A DNA stretch of 64,000 nucleotides, taken from IMG/VR virus record IMGVR_UViG_3300025389_000012; one strand, written 5' to 3'. Of the stretch, positions 10,177 through 19,461 are shown in pieces. The translations under genes were made by a program, and so were the position numbers. The notes under the pieces are model-generated. The model was not told the DNA's origin. It searched no databases and saw nothing but the letters and a program-made list of their open reading frames with translations. Every line of letters begins with the position of its first letter. Position 1 is the stretch's first letter. The DNA is from an uncultured virus (IMG/VR IMGVR_UViG_3300025389_000012) (Duplodnaviria; Heunggongvirae; Uroviricota; Caudoviricetes).

Positions 10177-10539
10177 ATGATCAATAGACCTATATGTAAA
10201 ACTTGCAATAAGAACTATTGCGCTGTCAATTATAAACGTGACGGTGTTACTCACTATAGGAGTATATGTGACCCATGCGGTCAATCAAAAGGAAAAAATA
10301 AAAAGAAATCCAGAATCAGCAATTGGGAAAAATCTGGATACAAAAAGAAAACCACATGTGACTTATGTGGTTTCAAAGCGTTATACCCCACTCAAATTAC
10401 CGTGTTTCATATTGACGGTGATTTGAACAATGTTAACTTTACGAACTTACGTAGTGTTTGTCTTAACTGTATTGAAGTAGTTAAAAAGAAAGAAGTTAAT
10501 TGGAAGCGTGGGGACTTACAAGTTGATTATAGATTCTAA
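10177..10539 (+). CDS. Zn-binding HNH-like protein
   Basis: Four CxxC pairs; HIDGDLNN...NL...CLNC HNH-like core. Confidence 0.7.
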   Translation: MINRPICKTCNKNYCAVNYKRDGVTHYRSICDPCGQSKGKNKKKSRISNWEKSGYKKKTTCDLCGFKALYPTQITVFHIDGDLNNVNFTNLRSVCLNCIEVVKKKEVNWKRGDLQVDYRF

Positions 10540-11151
10540 CTGTTTATGCAATTCATCGATTGTGCCATTGTTATCAACATAATAGTCGTAGTTTAATCCA
10601 ACACTACTATACTCACTGGCATGTACATTGTGTACTTCAAGTTTATGTTTACTCAATGCCCAAGACATGTTGCCCTTCTCACCCTGATTATATGATACTG
10701 CGGCATCATACCATACAGGTCGTTCACCTCGTTCTACTCGCATAGTGATACCACCTGCATTTTTAATAGCAAGCACCTCATTGACAAAACGACAATCAGT
10801 AATAACAATATCTTCCTTGCTGTTTCTAAGTTTGTTCTCTACGCTAGATACCCAAATATCATTATGAAACCCATTGCGACAAACTTCTGTGCCCCAGTAC
10901 TGTAGAATCCATCTTGGGGTAAGATGTGGCATACCAAGACGTTCTGCCCACCATGTATCTACTTGTTCTCGCCATTCACGACTTGCTTTAGTTGATCCTT
11001 CAAGCAATTCACGCTCCCAACCAAATACTGCTGATACTGCATCTTTAAGCGCACCTGCATAACTTAATTTTTTGAAACCATGAAAACGAATTAGGTAGTC
11101 TGCGGCTGTATCCTTGCCACTACCAATAAAACCTGTAATACCAATGATCAT
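10516..11151 (-). CDS. Deoxynucleoside monophosphate kinase (T4 gp1-like)
   Basis: GFIGSGKDT P-loop, TPRWILQYWGTE, ITDCRFVNE, HASE. Confidence 0.92.
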   Translation of the reverse strand: MIIGITGFIGSGKDTAADYLIRFHGFKKLSYAGALKDAVSAVFGWERELLEGSTKASREWREQVDTWWAERLGMPHLTPRWILQYWGTEVCRNGFHNDIWVSSVENKLRNSKEDIVITDCRFVNEVLAIKNAGGITMRVERGERPVWYDAAVSYNQGEKGNMSWALSKHKLEVHNVHASEYSSVGLNYDYYVDNNGTIDELHKQLESIINL

Positions 11152-11213
11152 ATAGAAAAACTCCCGTAGTACTTATTATATTACATGAGTTTGACAAAAT
11201 AAAGCGTTTAGGT

Positions 11214-11624
11214 TCAATACTCATCGTCCGGTGATTCATGTTCACCATAACTACTAGACTTAATTGACCCTATATAAGCAGGGATGGTATCGTATCCCAA
11301 TTTAGCATATGCATTCGCACGATGAGTTCCGTCGATGATAGAATTAGTAAATGGGTCAATTACTACTGGTGGCATAGTATGCTGAGATTTCATAATCTTA
11401 GCAATATTATCTGCTACTAAATCTTCATCAACATCCCATTCATTGAGATTCAACTTAGATAAAGGGAAGTTCACAAGTTTATATTGATCAAACCAATAGA
11501 TACGATCTGTAATATCGCCCTCATCAAAGTCATTAAAGTTGCGATGGATCTTTTTGACAATCGAATAGATATGACTAGCATCAACAATTTGTTGATTTTC
11601 TCTAATCAATTCTTTGATCTTCAT
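11214..11624 (-). CDS. ParB/Srx-like N-terminal domain protein
   Basis: PPVVID...IIDGTHRANAY...IPA motif; N-terminus MKIKELIRE. Confidence 0.75.
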   Translation of the reverse strand: MKIKELIRENQQIVDASHIYSIVKKIHRNFNDFDEGDITDRIYWFDQYKLVNFPLSKLNLNEWDVDEDLVADNIAKIMKSQHTMPPVVIDPFTNSIIDGTHRANAYAKLGYDTIPAYIGSIKSSSYGEHESPDDEY

Positions 11625-11625
11625 T

Positions 11626-12420
11626 TTAACCTTGAATCCATGTCAATGGTTGACTGTAATCAACATAACGCTTGAGTTCGTCAATTAAAACTTCTTGGGC
11701 TTTGGCACCTTCGGCTTTCATAGCAGTACCGTTCAATGTTGTACCACCACCTGGGCCTGCAATAGTACCAAACTTTTCACGTGCTTCGCCAATGATAACT
11801 TTACATTGTGCTAAGATAAAGTCACCAATCCAAACACCTGCACCCGGATCTTGTAGGATAACTGCTTCAGGACGTTGAACGTCTGCCCAAATAAGAATGC
11901 GTTCGCCACTGCCCTTAAAGTCACGTGTGATTCTAAGAACTTTAGTAACAGGATCAAATGTATACGTCAAGAAACCACCGAACATACGTGCTGCCAATTC
12001 AACATAACCTGCATAAAAGTCGTATGTTGCCATACCACCTGTATAGTTATAGTTTAGCAAGTATGTGTTAAGAATAGCACTTGAGAACGGGTCAAAACTG
12101 CTTGAACTTGGACCAGTTTCAAGGCCCACTGTACGTCTAAACAAACTTCTAACATTAATGAATTCTTGTGGCAATGTGTAAGTGTCCACATTTTCAATAA
12201 CTGTCATTAATGTGTAGGATTCTTGGGTAGCATTTTGCGCACGTTGGCGATACACTTTGATTGCATAGTTGTATGCAGCCTCATAGTGTTCAGGATCTAA
12301 TTCTAGATCGATGATTCCGCCACCCAAACGATATGTAATATTTTGAAATAGTGCTTGTTTTAATTCTTCTAAGTTATAGTTAGATGGTGTACTTAAAAAA
12401 CTGGCTGTGCTTTCTGGCAT
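11626..12420 (-). CDS. Neck protein (gp13-like)
   Basis: RLGGGIIDLEL, GEAREKFGTIAGPGGGTTLNG motifs. Confidence 0.85.
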   Translation of the reverse strand: MPESTASFLSTPSNYNLEELKQALFQNITYRLGGGIIDLELDPEHYEAAYNYAIKVYRQRAQNATQESYTLMTVIENVDTYTLPQEFINVRSLFRRTVGLETGPSSSSFDPFSSAILNTYLLNYNYTGGMATYDFYAGYVELAARMFGGFLTYTFDPVTKVLRITRDFKGSGERILIWADVQRPEAVILQDPGAGVWIGDFILAQCKVIIGEAREKFGTIAGPGGGTTLNGTAMKAEGAKAQEVLIDELKRYVDYSQPLTWIQG

Positions 12421-12439
12421 AATAATTCCCCGTTGTTAT

Positions 12440-12462
12440 TATTTATCAGGGAAGTATAAATA
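12440..12462. promoter_or_regulatory. Back-to-back late promoters (gp13, minus 12440-12445; kinase, plus 12457-12462)
   Basis: GATAAATA on minus and TATAAATA on plus within a 49-bp intergenic gap. Confidence 0.65.
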
Positions 12463-12469
12463 CTAAATC

Positions 12470-13096
12470 ATGTTAATAAAAGACATAGAAGAAGAACTAA
12501 CCAGAAAAGATATATCCAAGTATATGAAAGATTTGGGTTGGACTAAACTTGGTTCTGGAAATTATGGGGTAGTTTACGGCAAAAAAGATCATAACATGGT
12601 GGTTAAAATATTAGTATCAAAATACAATAACGATTCTATTCAATCGTCAGCAGAAAGTTTACAAGACAAATTTTTGAAATTTATAATTAAAAATCCTAAT
12701 ATTCATTATCCAAAATTCTATCAAACTAAAGCGGAAAATATAGCAGGACAACCGTTCAAAATGTATGAAATGGAAAGGTTAAAAAAACTCAGCCCAATAG
12801 AAGATTATATTATAGGTTATATGGGCCAGTTAGCAGATTATGGTTATAGTCTTGAACAAATATATAATCACATACTTAGACAATTACACCCCGATGATGA
12901 TATTTCAGTTATGAAATATATTAAAGATTATAATTATTTTAAAACTAAATTTCAATCATTATACAAAGCTATGGAGAAATTAATCGCCGGCGCAAATAAA
13001 CTAGGTGTCGTTACTGATATTGCAGGCGATTATTATACCAACGTAATGAAGAGAGATGACGGAACCTTTGTAATTATGGATCCTTGGGCCGCATAA
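12470..13096 (+). CDS. Protein kinase-like (ePK/PKL fold) protein
   Basis: LGSGNYGVVY Gly loop, VVKI lysine, YEMERL hinge, TDIAGDYYTNVM catalytic loop, VIMDP Mg-binding motif. Confidence 0.75.
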   Translation: MLIKDIEEELTRKDISKYMKDLGWTKLGSGNYGVVYGKKDHNMVVKILVSKYNNDSIQSSAESLQDKFLKFIIKNPNIHYPKFYQTKAENIAGQPFKMYEMERLKKLSPIEDYIIGYMGQLADYGYSLEQIYNHILRQLHPDDDISVMKYIKDYNYFKTKFQSLYKAMEKLIAGANKLGVVTDIAGDYYTNVMKRDDGTFVIMDPWAA

Positions 13097-13097
13097 A

Positions 13098-13550
13098 TCA
13101 AAGATCATTCTCTTTACGATTCTCACTATGACATACGTCAAAACTGCCACCGGGATAACGGCTTTCAAGTTTACGAACATTCTCAGCAATAACTTCATTG
13201 GGGTCAAGATTTAATGCACGACAAGCATTGATCCAATACCACATGATATCGCCTAATTCACGTTTCATATGGAATACGTTTTCGTCTGTAAGTGGCTTAC
13301 CCTGAAAGTAAATCTTTTTAGGAATCTCAATGAATTCCCCACTTTCAGCCGCAAGTCCTAAACATGCAGTAAGCAGTAATGGAACATTAACATCAGGGCC
13401 ATGTAGGTATTCACCTTCACTGCCATAGGCTTCAAAGTTGCTATCTAGTCGGTCAAGCCTATCAACGAATGAGGTTAGATTATTGCTAGGCTCACTAGTT
13501 ACGGCTTGTACAAAGTCTTTGTATTTGTTCAAATCAATTTGCTGTGTCAT
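13098..13550 (-). CDS. MazG-like NTP pyrophosphohydrolase
   Basis: GLAAESGEF...KK, RELGDIMWY, NVRKLESRYP. Confidence 0.9.
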   Translation of the reverse strand: MTQQIDLNKYKDFVQAVTSEPSNNLTSFVDRLDRLDSNFEAYGSEGEYLHGPDVNVPLLLTACLGLAAESGEFIEIPKKIYFQGKPLTDENVFHMKRELGDIMWYWINACRALNLDPNEVIAENVRKLESRYPGGSFDVCHSENRKENDL

Positions 13551-14283
13551 GTTTTTCCTTTATAAAATTGTATAATTCGTCTGCATATAGTTCGTGTGGT
13601 AATGCAGAATGATGTCCATATTGTGCTTTTAAATTTGTGTACCCTAAATCTATATACTTAGGATAGAATGATTGTTTGTTATCGTCAAAATTATAGTAAT
13701 TAGTTTTGTCAAAACTATCAAAATAAAACTTAAGATGTTTGTGATTTTCAGGTGAAAACATATGTGCTGTGTTACACATTACATAATCAATATTTTTGCT
13801 TTTGAAAAAATACTGTAGTTGTAATATTAAATTGGCACTTGTAATTTCCATGTATTCAGTACGATTGACTACGAACCTACGATAGTCTTCTTGTATGTCA
13901 CGCTCACGGTCTGAATAACCGGTATAGTTTACATTTATTTGTAAAAAGTCAGTAGATGAATTAGAGAACCAATCACAATACTTTCCATTTTTTTCTTGAT
14001 GCCAAGTTGGATAAGCAAATGGTGCCTCAATACGTGAACTTTCAGACCAACCGATTACAACAAATAAGTCGCTAGTATCATGCTCACTACAATATTCTAG
14101 GACACTCCGAGCAATTGCGCTGTTAGTGTATCCACTTACTGCTATGTTGATCGGAGTGTATCCTAATTTATTTGCAAGCAAGTTGCCATAACTATGTTGA
14201 CGATTGAAGGGACTATCCGTGTCCCCGTCAATTTCTGATCCTGCTGTATGACTACAGCCTGCAATTAAACATGTTTTACTCAA
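13534..14283 (-). CDS. SGNH/GDSL-like hydrolase or acyltransferase
   Basis: AGCSHTAG block I, INIAVSGYTN block II, C-terminal GHH...H; TTG start. Confidence 0.7.
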   Translation of the reverse strand: MSKTCLIAGCSHTAGSEIDGDTDSPFNRQHSYGNLLANKLGYTPINIAVSGYTNSAIARSVLEYCSEHDTSDLFVVIGWSESSRIEAPFAYPTWHQEKNGKYCDWFSNSSTDFLQINVNYTGYSDRERDIQEDYRRFVVNRTEYMEITSANLILQLQYFFKSKNIDYVMCNTAHMFSPENHKHLKFYFDSFDKTNYYNFDDNKQSFYPKYIDLGYTNLKAQYGHHSALPHELYADELYNFIKEKHDTAN

Positions 14284-15468
14284 TTAAAAAGCCTTAAGAA
14301 TAATCATCTTGTCGTTGAAACGACCATTTGGTGCTGTAGCAACTGCCTTGATATCCTTGAAGTACTTACGTGCCGCGGGCTTGCTACCAGTAAGTGCTTT
14401 GATCTGTTCAGCAGGCTTGCGTAGCGTCTTGACTTCACTTTGCTTTGGATCAAATCCAAACAATGTGTTACCTTTGACAGTCAGTGACTTTGCATACTCA
14501 TCGGCAATGTAGTGATGCATCTTGCGTTTCGCAGTATCATAAACCCATGCCTCAGTACAGTGATGCAACTTAACAGGGCTAAGTCCCACTAGATCAAGTT
14601 TAGTAGCCTCATCCTTGAATGCCTTCATGTGCTTGAGTTTAGCAACTACCTTTTCAACAGGCACTGCCTTACGCTTGCGAGGAGCCTTCATTGCCTTCTT
14701 GACACTTGCGTATCCATGCAAATCAGCAATAACAGATTCAATAAACTTAATCATATATCTAACTTGCATCTTAGACATACGTGCATAGGCTTCGTTCAAT
14801 TGTGCATCCTTGCCACCTTGCAATTCAACATATTCAGCAAGAACCTTTTCCCAATGATTAATGATTGGAGCAACGTGCTGTGGCAGAATGTTGCGTTCAC
14901 CTAATTCTGCACTAACACGCTTTTTAGTTTCAAAGTCTTTGGGATACCCTGCAATACAGAATTCGTCAAAAAATCCTTCAAGTTCACCTGCGGCTTCACT
15001 TGCCTTTTCACGCATGATTTCCTGAATGTTCTTGCGTTCAACTTTGGGCTTGGCTTCTTCAGCGATTTCGTTCTTTTCTTCGCCCTTGCCAATTTGCACT
15101 AGGCGATCAATTTCTTCATTGATACGTGCAAGTTCGCTTTCATTGAGTACTAGACCACGCAAAGACAGTCGTGCCATCCAGCCCCTTGACGTATGAACCT
15201 TGTGATCAGGAGCCTTCTTTACAAACTTAATCTTGTCTTTGCCGTTGTTGGCTTCAAGATATTGGATATAAAAGTCTTTAGCATCAGGCTGAGAATAAAA
15301 CTTTGAGTACCAATTAAATGCGTTACCCAATTTATACTGCCTATCAGCATCATCAGGCTGAGTTTCAAACAGTGGCTCAGACCCATAATATTGGGCATCT
15401 GCATCTTTTGGATTAAGGTCACGCACAAAAGAATGAGTTTGTACTTTAAAATTGGGCTTGCGAGCCAT
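14284..15468 (-). CDS. Hypothetical early/middle protein
   Basis: 394-aa ORF with SD and a consensus sigma70 promoter upstream. Confidence 0.7.
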   Translation of the reverse strand: MARKPNFKVQTHSFVRDLNPKDADAQYYGSEPLFETQPDDADRQYKLGNAFNWYSKFYSQPDAKDFYIQYLEANNGKDKIKFVKKAPDHKVHTSRGWMARLSLRGLVLNESELARINEEIDRLVQIGKGEEKNEIAEEAKPKVERKNIQEIMREKASEAAGELEGFFDEFCIAGYPKDFETKKRVSAELGERNILPQHVAPIINHWEKVLAEYVELQGGKDAQLNEAYARMSKMQVRYMIKFIESVIADLHGYASVKKAMKAPRKRKAVPVEKVVAKLKHMKAFKDEATKLDLVGLSPVKLHHCTEAWVYDTAKRKMHHYIADEYAKSLTVKGNTLFGFDPKQSEVKTLRKPAEQIKALTGSKPAARKYFKDIKAVATAPNGRFNDKMIILKAF

Positions 15469-15500
15469 AGAAAATCTCCGTAGTTTTACGATACTTATGC

Positions 15501-15529
15501 AGTATACACTAAAACTGATTAAATGTCAA
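15501..15529 (-). promoter_or_regulatory. Sigma70-type promoter
   Basis: TTGACA-N17-TATACT. Confidence 0.85.
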
Positions 15530-15553
15530 GCCTTTTTATCCAAAAAAATTCGA

Positions 15554-15559
15554 TAAATA
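15554..15559 (+). promoter_or_regulatory. Late promoter of gp14-gp15-Nudix operon
   Basis: GATAAATA 4 nt before ATG. Confidence 0.7.
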
Positions 15560-15563
15560 CAGT

Positions 15564-17318
15564 ATGCCAAGATTAAGCCTATACCGTCCCAATAAACAGA
15601 ATGATTACAGATTCCTAGATCGCACGATTTCGGATATGCTAACCGCCGGTGGTACTGATTTGTATGTTCACAAATATTTGGGACCTACTGATCAAGGTCC
15701 AAGTACAGACCCTACCCAACCACAATATGAAACATTAAGTCCTACGAACATTCAAGACTTACTATTCATGGAAAACCGTGATAGAACATATGATCCAAAT
15801 ATCTATAGATTGCGCGGGCATTACAATGTACAAAATCTTGACTTTGATTTAAGTCAGTTTGGTTTATTCTTAAACAACGATATTATTTTTATCACAGTTC
15901 ATTACAATGATATGATTGATATCATTGGTCGTAAGTTAATGGTAGGTGATGTTATTGAATTACCTCACTTGCTAGATTACAATCCTTTAAGTGAAACTAT
16001 TCCTGTTGCACTAAAACGTTTTATGCAAATCACTGATGCAAACTATGCCAGTGAAGGTTTCACACAAACATGGTATCCTCATCTATGGCGTATCAAATGT
16101 GAACCTCTTGTTAATAGCGAGGAGTTTTCAGATATTCTTACACAACCTATCAATCAAGACAATTATCTTGGTAACTGGGATAAGACAAAACCTTATCCAG
16201 AGGGCTATACTGTTACATTTGGTGGTTTAATTTACAAATCATTAGCCGATGTTCCTGCAGGAACATATCCACCGAATGCAACATACTGGCAATTGGTTTC
16301 AAATGGTGGACTTGCAGATATCATTTCTACATACAACAAGAACATTGCTATCAATGATGCTGTTCTTGCAGACGCAGAATTGCTTGTACCAAAATCAGGT
16401 TACGATCAAAGTCAGTTGTATGTCGTACCTACATATGGTGAATACATTACTAATGAGGAAGGTAACACAATACCTGCTCCCCATCCGTTCGCTCCTGCTC
16501 CACCGATCGGTGTGCTTGCACCTAATCCATTCCAAAACTTCCCCAATGCACCAATGCAATTGCAGGATGCTAAGATTGTAATATATCGCAATAGTAAGTA
16601 TAAAAACCCAAGTGTTGGTATTAAGATTACAAAGAGTGCATTAGCAAAACTGCAAGAAATGAATGGTGTGGGTAAATTTGTACCTGATAAGATTGACAAA
16701 TTCGTTCAAGCAAGTTTACAGATAGTTGAACAAGCACCTGAAAAAACCGCAGGTGGTAGTGGTCGTGTTGATGGAATCAAAGTTCTAAAGATAGCATCAT
16801 TGGGAACTGTGATCACAGGACCATATGGTACTGCTGATAACACATACGCTACAGCCGATCAGGACCCAAGTTTACCAAGTTTCACTGGCACAGTAACAAG
16901 TGTTATGGACTTTAGAGCAGACTGCGATCCTGCATATCAGTTTATTTCAAGACAAACACCACAAGCATTTGGTTACACAACTGGTTACATGACAGGAGAC
17001 GGCAGTGCTCCAAACGGATTCCCAACAGGTGCAGGTATCAGTTTCCCACCAAATCCCGCAGTTGGCGATTATTTCTTGCGCATCGATTACTTACCACAAC
17101 TATTATATCGTTGGGATGGTAAGATTTGGGTACAAATTAGCCAAAACGTCAGAACACAAACTGGATTTGGTTCAACAGAGAACCAATCACAACTCTCATC
17201 ATTTATTAATAACGATGCTAAAATTTATGTAAATAATGAGAATGCAGTTGTTCCTCAAGCACAACCATTGTCGAACGTACTGCAAAATCCACCACCGACA
17301 CTACCGCCGGTAATATAA
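15564..17318 (+). CDS. Neck/head-closure protein (gp14-like) with C-terminal extension
   Basis: N-terminal DLLFMENRDR, LSQFGL, GDVIELPH pattern; precedes the gp15-like gene. Confidence 0.7.
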   Translation: MPRLSLYRPNKQNDYRFLDRTISDMLTAGGTDLYVHKYLGPTDQGPSTDPTQPQYETLSPTNIQDLLFMENRDRTYDPNIYRLRGHYNVQNLDFDLSQFGLFLNNDIIFITVHYNDMIDIIGRKLMVGDVIELPHLLDYNPLSETIPVALKRFMQITDANYASEGFTQTWYPHLWRIKCEPLVNSEEFSDILTQPINQDNYLGNWDKTKPYPEGYTVTFGGLIYKSLADVPAGTYPPNATYWQLVSNGGLADIISTYNKNIAINDAVLADAELLVPKSGYDQSQLYVVPTYGEYITNEEGNTIPAPHPFAPAPPIGVLAPNPFQNFPNAPMQLQDAKIVIYRNSKYKNPSVGIKITKSALAKLQEMNGVGKFVPDKIDKFVQASLQIVEQAPEKTAGGSGRVDGIKVLKIASLGTVITGPYGTADNTYATADQDPSLPSFTGTVTSVMDFRADCDPAYQFISRQTPQAFGYTTGYMTGDGSAPNGFPTGAGISFPPNPAVGDYFLRIDYLPQLLYRWDGKIWVQISQNVRTQTGFGSTENQSQLSSFINNDAKIYVNNENAVVPQAQPLSNVLQNPPPTLPPVI

Positions 17319-17328
17319 AAGGTTATTC

Positions 17329-18705
17329 ATGGCAGCGCAATATTTTTACGATTCACAGATACGCAGATTCTTAGTTCAATTTGCTAAAATTTTTAGCAAC
17401 TGGCAAGTTACTAAAGGTAACGATCCAGCGGGCAATCCTATCTATGTTCGTGTGCCTATTATGTATGGTGATCAAAGTCGTCAGGCTGCAACTGTTGTTA
17501 ATAACAATAGTGCAAGTACATTACCTAGTGCACCTATGATTACTTACTACATCAGTGGACTAGAATATAATCAAAAGTGGACTACTGATCCTACGTTTGT
17601 TGACAAAATTAACGTAAGACAACGTGCATATAATCAAGATACACAAAGTTATGAGACAACACAAGGACAAGCATTTACTATTGAACGATTAATGCCTGTA
17701 CCTTATACATTACGTATTACTGTTGATTTTTGGACTACAAACTATCAACAAAAATTAGAAATCATTGAGCAATTAGGTCCATTGTTTAATCCTGCACTTG
17801 AAATTCAAAGTACAGATAACTTTGTTGACTGGACATCATTGAGTTCAGTATTCCAAGATGGATTAACATTTACTAGTAGACAGATTCCAGTAGGCACAGG
17901 TAATCCTATTGACATCATGACTTGGAAGTTTTACATGCCTATCTGGTTGACAACTGCAAGTAAGTTGAAAAAGATGGGCGTTATTCAAAAGATTATCATG
18001 TCTATCTATCAAGGCAATGCTCTTACAGATATTCAAGATGATGATTTATTGTTAGGTACTAGAGTTAAAGTTACTCCATATGGATATAAGTTATTGTATA
18101 TCAGCAATCAATTGCAATTACTGCCCGGCGATGAACCATTCGTACCTTCAAATAATAGTTTAGATCAAGACGTTGCCCCTCCAACAGACTTATATTGGTC
18201 TAGTGTACTAAACGTATACGGTAAAGTACAGCCTGGTATTAGTCAGATTTGGTTAGAGAATCCTTACATGGATACTCCTATCGTGGGTACTATTGTTCCA
18301 AATCCAATTGATGATAGATTCTTAATTTTTAATGTGGACCCACAAACATTACCTCAAAACACGCTTGATGCTGTCAATGCTGTAGTTAATCCATTAACAC
18401 AGGGTCCTAATGCAGGACTTCCAGGTCCAATCAATGGTGTACGTTATTTGATTGTTGAAGATATTGGTTCAACAGATACATCAACTGTGGCATGGGGTAA
18501 TCTAGTTGCACATGCAAACGATATTGTTCAATTTGATAGCACTACTATGCAATGGTTTGTTGCGTTTGATAGTCAAGCAGATACCGAAACACAATTTGTA
18601 ACCAATCTTGCTACCGCACTTCAATATAGATATACTCCCGAAGAAGGGTGGATGAAGTCATACGAAGGCTTCTATTATGCCGGTGATTATAGTATAGTAA
18701 TCTAA
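17329..18705 (+). CDS. Tail terminator/sheath stabiliser (gp15-like) with C-terminal extension
   Basis: YFYDSQIRR...F, VPIMYG, MPVPY, QKLEIIEQL..LFNP motifs. Confidence 0.85.
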   Translation: MAAQYFYDSQIRRFLVQFAKIFSNWQVTKGNDPAGNPIYVRVPIMYGDQSRQAATVVNNNSASTLPSAPMITYYISGLEYNQKWTTDPTFVDKINVRQRAYNQDTQSYETTQGQAFTIERLMPVPYTLRITVDFWTTNYQQKLEIIEQLGPLFNPALEIQSTDNFVDWTSLSSVFQDGLTFTSRQIPVGTGNPIDIMTWKFYMPIWLTTASKLKKMGVIQKIIMSIYQGNALTDIQDDDLLLGTRVKVTPYGYKLLYISNQLQLLPGDEPFVPSNNSLDQDVAPPTDLYWSSVLNVYGKVQPGISQIWLENPYMDTPIVGTIVPNPIDDRFLIFNVDPQTLPQNTLDAVNAVVNPLTQGPNAGLPGPINGVRYLIVEDIGSTDTSTVAWGNLVAHANDIVQFDSTTMQWFVAFDSQADTETQFVTNLATALQYRYTPEEGWMKSYEGFYYAGDYSIVI

Positions 18706-18706
18706 T

Positions 18707-19114
18707 ATGACAAATAGTTCAGCAGGTGTGTTTTTCTATAGTACTAGTACTAACCGATTCCTTTATTTGCTAAGAGCAGATAATAAAAATCCTACGTGGA
18801 GTATACCTGGTGGAAAAGTCGAACAAGGTGAAACATTATTAGAAGGTATTGAACGTGAGTGCATAGAAGAAATGGGATTTTACAATCAAGATTTTAAATT
18901 GATTCCCATTCAAAAGTTTGTTAATAATACTTTTACATATCATACATTCTTTTGTGCCGTTGAAGAAGAATTTATACCTACACTAAATGAAGAACATTGC
19001 GGCTATGCATGGGTAGGAGATCATTTATATCCTAAGCCATTGCATCCCGGATTGTTTAGTACTGTGAATATTGATTTAGTTCAAGAAAAGTTACAGGCAC
19101 TGATAAAAAAATAG
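18707..19114 (+). CDS. Nudix hydrolase
   Basis: PGGKVEQGETLLEGIERECIEEMG Nudix box. Confidence 0.92.
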   Translation: MTNSSAGVFFYSTSTNRFLYLLRADNKNPTWSIPGGKVEQGETLLEGIERECIEEMGFYNQDFKLIPIQKFVNNTFTYHTFFCAVEEEFIPTLNEEHCGYAWVGDHLYPKPLHPGLFSTVNIDLVQEKLQALIKK

Positions 19115-19134
19115 GGAGATTAAATCCCCCTATT
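19110..19134. terminator. Terminator between convergent genes
   Basis: AATAGGGAGAT...ATCCCCCTATT stem with an A-tract on the left (U-tract on minus). Confidence 0.7.
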
Positions 19135-19135
19135 C

Positions 19136-19456
19136 TTACATTCCAAACATTTTACTAACTACATGAAACCCTAATGCCCCTGCAGTTGCGGCACCTCCCA
19201 TAACCATCCATTTCCATTTTTCTAAAGCACTAACTTTCTTAGAAAGTTCAGCATGTTGCTGTGTGCTTTCAGTGGATAAATTTTTGATCATGTCGTGTGT
19301 TTCTCTCATTGCTGTAGAAACATCACTTTTGATACCAGAGATATCAGATTTCAGGTCGTCAATCTTTTCATGGATGTTGGCGACCTGAACCTGAAGAACT
19401 GCAATTTCAGTTTCAGATTTCTGCACTTTCAATGCTCTACCTGTTGCAGTTGCCAT
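19136..19456 (-). CDS. Coiled-coil protein with C-terminal transmembrane helix (holin/hemolysin XhlA-like)
   Basis: Heptad coil followed by LEKWKWMVMGGAATAGALGF. Confidence 0.55.
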   Translation of the reverse strand: MATATGRALKVQKSETEIAVLQVQVANIHEKIDDLKSDISGIKSDVSTAMRETHDMIKNLSTESTQQHAELSKKVSALEKWKWMVMGGAATAGALGFHVVSKMFGM

Positions 19457-19461
19457 AACGA

